A stretch of 63,625 bases of DNA, filler included, from Acidimicrobiia bacterium (GTDB taxonomy: Bacteria; Actinomycetota; Acidimicrobiia; Spongiisociales; JAHEDJ01), in assembly GCA_029210695.1 (NCBI GenBank). It is 3 parts of 3 records of this genome, joined end to end, with 100 filler letters (N's around TTAATTAATTAA, not from the genome) between each part and the next. Parts side by side here need not be neighbours in the genome. Positions count along the whole stretch, not along the records: positions 42,948 to 63,625 come from JARGFH010000061.1; 2 more parts are not named here. One strand, 5' to 3'. The notes beneath the pieces are model-generated. The model was not told the origin of the DNA. It made no database searches and saw only the letters and a list, made by a program, of their open reading frames with translations. Shown in pieces: positions 61,945 through 63,625 of this stretch. Numbering within the stretch: the first letter of the stretch is position 1; the number at the start of each line of letters is the position of its first letter. The position numbers were made by a program, and so were the translations under genes.

Positions 61945-63147
61945 TCAGTGGGTGCAACCGGATGTGGGTGCGGCGATGGGGCTGAGTGCGATGCCGTTCC
62001 ACCAGGCTTCGAGGAGGGGTTGTGGGCAGATGAGTGCACCGTCGGGGTTGCGGATCTGGAAGTGGAGATGAGGAGCCTTGGAGTTGCCGGTGTTCCCCGA
62101 GGCCATGATCAGCTCCCCGGCGGTCACGTCGTCTCCGGCTTGGGTGAAGGTTTGGGTGCCGTGGCAGTAGGTGTAGCGGTGGTTGTCGTGGCCGGTGATG
62201 GTGACACCGAAGCCGCATTTGCAGGTGGGACACGGTGTGTAGAGGTTGGTGACGGTGCCGGGGTGGGCGGCGTAGACGGGTGTTCCTTCTGGGACGGTGA
62301 GGTCGGTGGCGGGGTAGTCGTGGTGACTGCGGCGGATCTGGGCGAGGGTGACCGTATCGATGGGGAGGGGGAAGGCGTAGAGGCCATCGGCGGTGACGGC
62401 TCCCTGGGTGAATCGAAAGGACCGGTAGTAGTCGATCCACCCGGTGACGGCGGTGACGTATACGGCCGAATTGTTGTATCGGAGGAGCGCTCCGGCGAGG
62501 TCGTCGGGGTTGGTGTAGTCGCCGGGGGCGGTGAGACAGAGGTGGGCGACGGTGGCGAGCGCGGCGTCGAACACGTTCTGCGGATCCTTGGTGCCGTCGG
62601 CGTTGCCGTCCTGTCCGAGGGCACGCCAGGACCCGGGGAGGAACTGTGCGGGACCGACGGCCCGGTCCCAGGTCGGGTCGCCGTCGAGGACCCCACCATC
62701 GGTGTCGGGGATCTGTTCGGAGCCGGGGGTCGAGCCGTCGAGGGTGATCCCGTAGAGGGGAGGGGTGACGATGCCGTCGGGAGTGACGGTGCGGCCGCGG
62801 TAGGTGGCGTGGTTGGATTCGACCTTCCAGATGCCGGCGATGATCGGCCAATCAACTTTGCAGTCCGCTGCGATGCTGGAGACGTTTGCCTCGGCGGCGA
62901 CGTAGGCGGAGAACACCACTGGCGGGATGCCGAGCGCCCCGCCCGCAGCGGCTGCGGGACTTCCGGCGACTACGGCTGCTACACCGAGGGCGACCAGGAG
63001 GAGGATCAGCGCTACGGGCGCGGTGACGATCCCGACGGCGATGATCACGTGTTTGAGTCCGAGATTCGTGCGCCGCTCGGCGGCCTTCTCGGCGAGCTTG
63101 GCCTTGGCGAGCTGAGTCGCGGCCTTGGCGACGACGTGCCAGCTCAC
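61945..63147 (-). CDS. Conjugation-associated cell-wall hydrolase: lytic transglycosylase plus M23 peptidase
   Basis: N-terminal TM; W..IAGIWKVESNH, RAVGPAQF.PGSW, YNNS..YV; M23 H...DL, Y.YCH, GNTGNS.APHLHF. Confidence 0.85.
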   Translation of the reverse strand: MSWHVVAKAATQLAKAKLAEKAAERRTNLGLKHVIIAVGIVTAPVALILLLVALGVAAVVAGSPAAAAGGALGIPPVVFSAYVAAEANVSSIAADCKVDWPIIAGIWKVESNHATYRGRTVTPDGIVTPPLYGITLDGSTPGSEQIPDTDGGVLDGDPTWDRAVGPAQFLPGSWRALGQDGNADGTKDPQNVFDAALATVAHLCLTAPGDYTNPDDLAGALLRYNNSAVYVTAVTGWIDYYRSFRFTQGAVTADGLYAFPLPIDTVTLAQIRRSHHDYPATDLTVPEGTPVYAAHPGTVTNLYTPCPTCKCGFGVTITGHDNHRYTYCHGTQTFTQAGDDVTAGELIMASGNTGNSKAPHLHFQIRNPDGALICPQPLLEAWWNGIALSPIAAPTSGCTH

Positions 63148-63625
63148 GCTGAGGCCCTCCGCTGCGCCTGGCGCCACGCGGCGGCTGGCAACGCCGGGCC
63201 CTGACGTTGTTTGCTGAGGGGCCGGGCGGGGATGTCGGCTGTGGTTTGTCTGACGGTGTGTGTGACGCCGAGGCCGGTGAGTCCTCCCGCCTGGTAGGGG
63301 CGGATCCAGGTGGCACCGTGCGCTCCACCGATCTGGCCGCCTTCGAGACGTTGGAGGGTGGAGTCGGCGAAACGGGCTGAGATGTCGAGGAGCTGGCGGC
63401 GGCCCACCGCCATGACGGCCATGAAGAAGATCACCAGCAGGAACCGGGTCCACAGGCCACCGGCGACGTCAAGGAGCCCGTTGAGGCCGGTGACCAACAT
63501 GGCGAGGAAGACACCCATCACGACCACCAGTGCGACGACACGCACGAGGGCCGCTACCCAGTGCCACAGCAGGCTCCGCCCCGCTCCCGGGAACAGTCCG
63601 GCGTAGAGGGCGATGGGGAGCAGCG
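63144..63625 (-). CDS. Polytopic membrane protein, probably TrbL/VirB6-like (partial, 5' end outside the window)
   Basis: Hydrophobic LLPIALYAGLFPG...LWHW..LVRVVALVVVMG; stop overlaps the hydrolase start; T4SS context. Confidence 0.5.
   Translation of the reverse strand, partial: LLPIALYAGLFPGAGRSLLWHWVAALVRVVALVVVMGVFLAMLVTGLNGLLDVAGGLWTRFLLVIFFMAVMAVGRRQLLDISARFADSTLQRLEGGQIGGAHGATWIRPYQAGGLTGLGVTHTVRQTTADIPARPLSKQRQGPALPAAAWRQAQRRASA

Larger units (their letters stand above)
43522..63625. mobile_element. Part of an actinobacterial integrative/conjugative element carrying a BREX defence cargo
   Basis: Relaxase remnant on one side; T4CP, hydrolase and VirB6-like genes on the other; ends and integrase not visible. 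Confidence 0.7.

Noticed and set aside
61231..63204. 657-aa plus-strand ORF
   Set aside because: Antisense shadow of the motif-bearing minus-strand hydrolase and neighbours; Gly/Val-biased with no motifs.

Overview
High-GC actinobacterial sequence; the 16S fragment and gene order suggest Acidimicrobiia. It comprises three contigs joined by artificial 100-nt N/TTAATTAATTAA/N linkers (21617-21716 and 42848-42947), so adjacency across the linkers carries no information. Contig 1 (1-21616) is core genome: def-fmt-rsmB-rpe, a REC-GGDEF gene, an FMN riboswitch with ribD-ribE-ribBA-ribH, infC-rpmI-rplT, pheST, argF, mpg, a class A PBP, tyrS and a partial 16S rRNA. Contig 2 (21717-42847) starts with IS and HNH debris and a vapBC-type pair. 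It continues with ilvA, rplM-rpsI-glmM, a glmS ribozyme with glmS, acpS-nnr-alr-tsaEB-rimI-tsaD, rocD and CIRCE-controlled groESL, and ends with REP-like palindromes before an AbiEi-like gene. Contig 3 (42948-63625) is part of a conjugative element (IS3-interrupted relaxase, T4CP, cell-wall hydrolase, VirB6-like gene) carrying an apparently intact, non-canonical BREX locus: brxE-brxA-brxB-brxC-pglX-pglZ-brxL. The top finding is that this BrxL has no Lon-like C-terminal domain and carries a Schlafen/AlbA_2-type domain with intact acidic motifs instead, while the operon combines a type-6 marker (brxE) with a type-1 marker (brxL). A convergent three-gene cassette with nuclease-like genes follows. 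All family calls are by motif recognition; no database searches were run.
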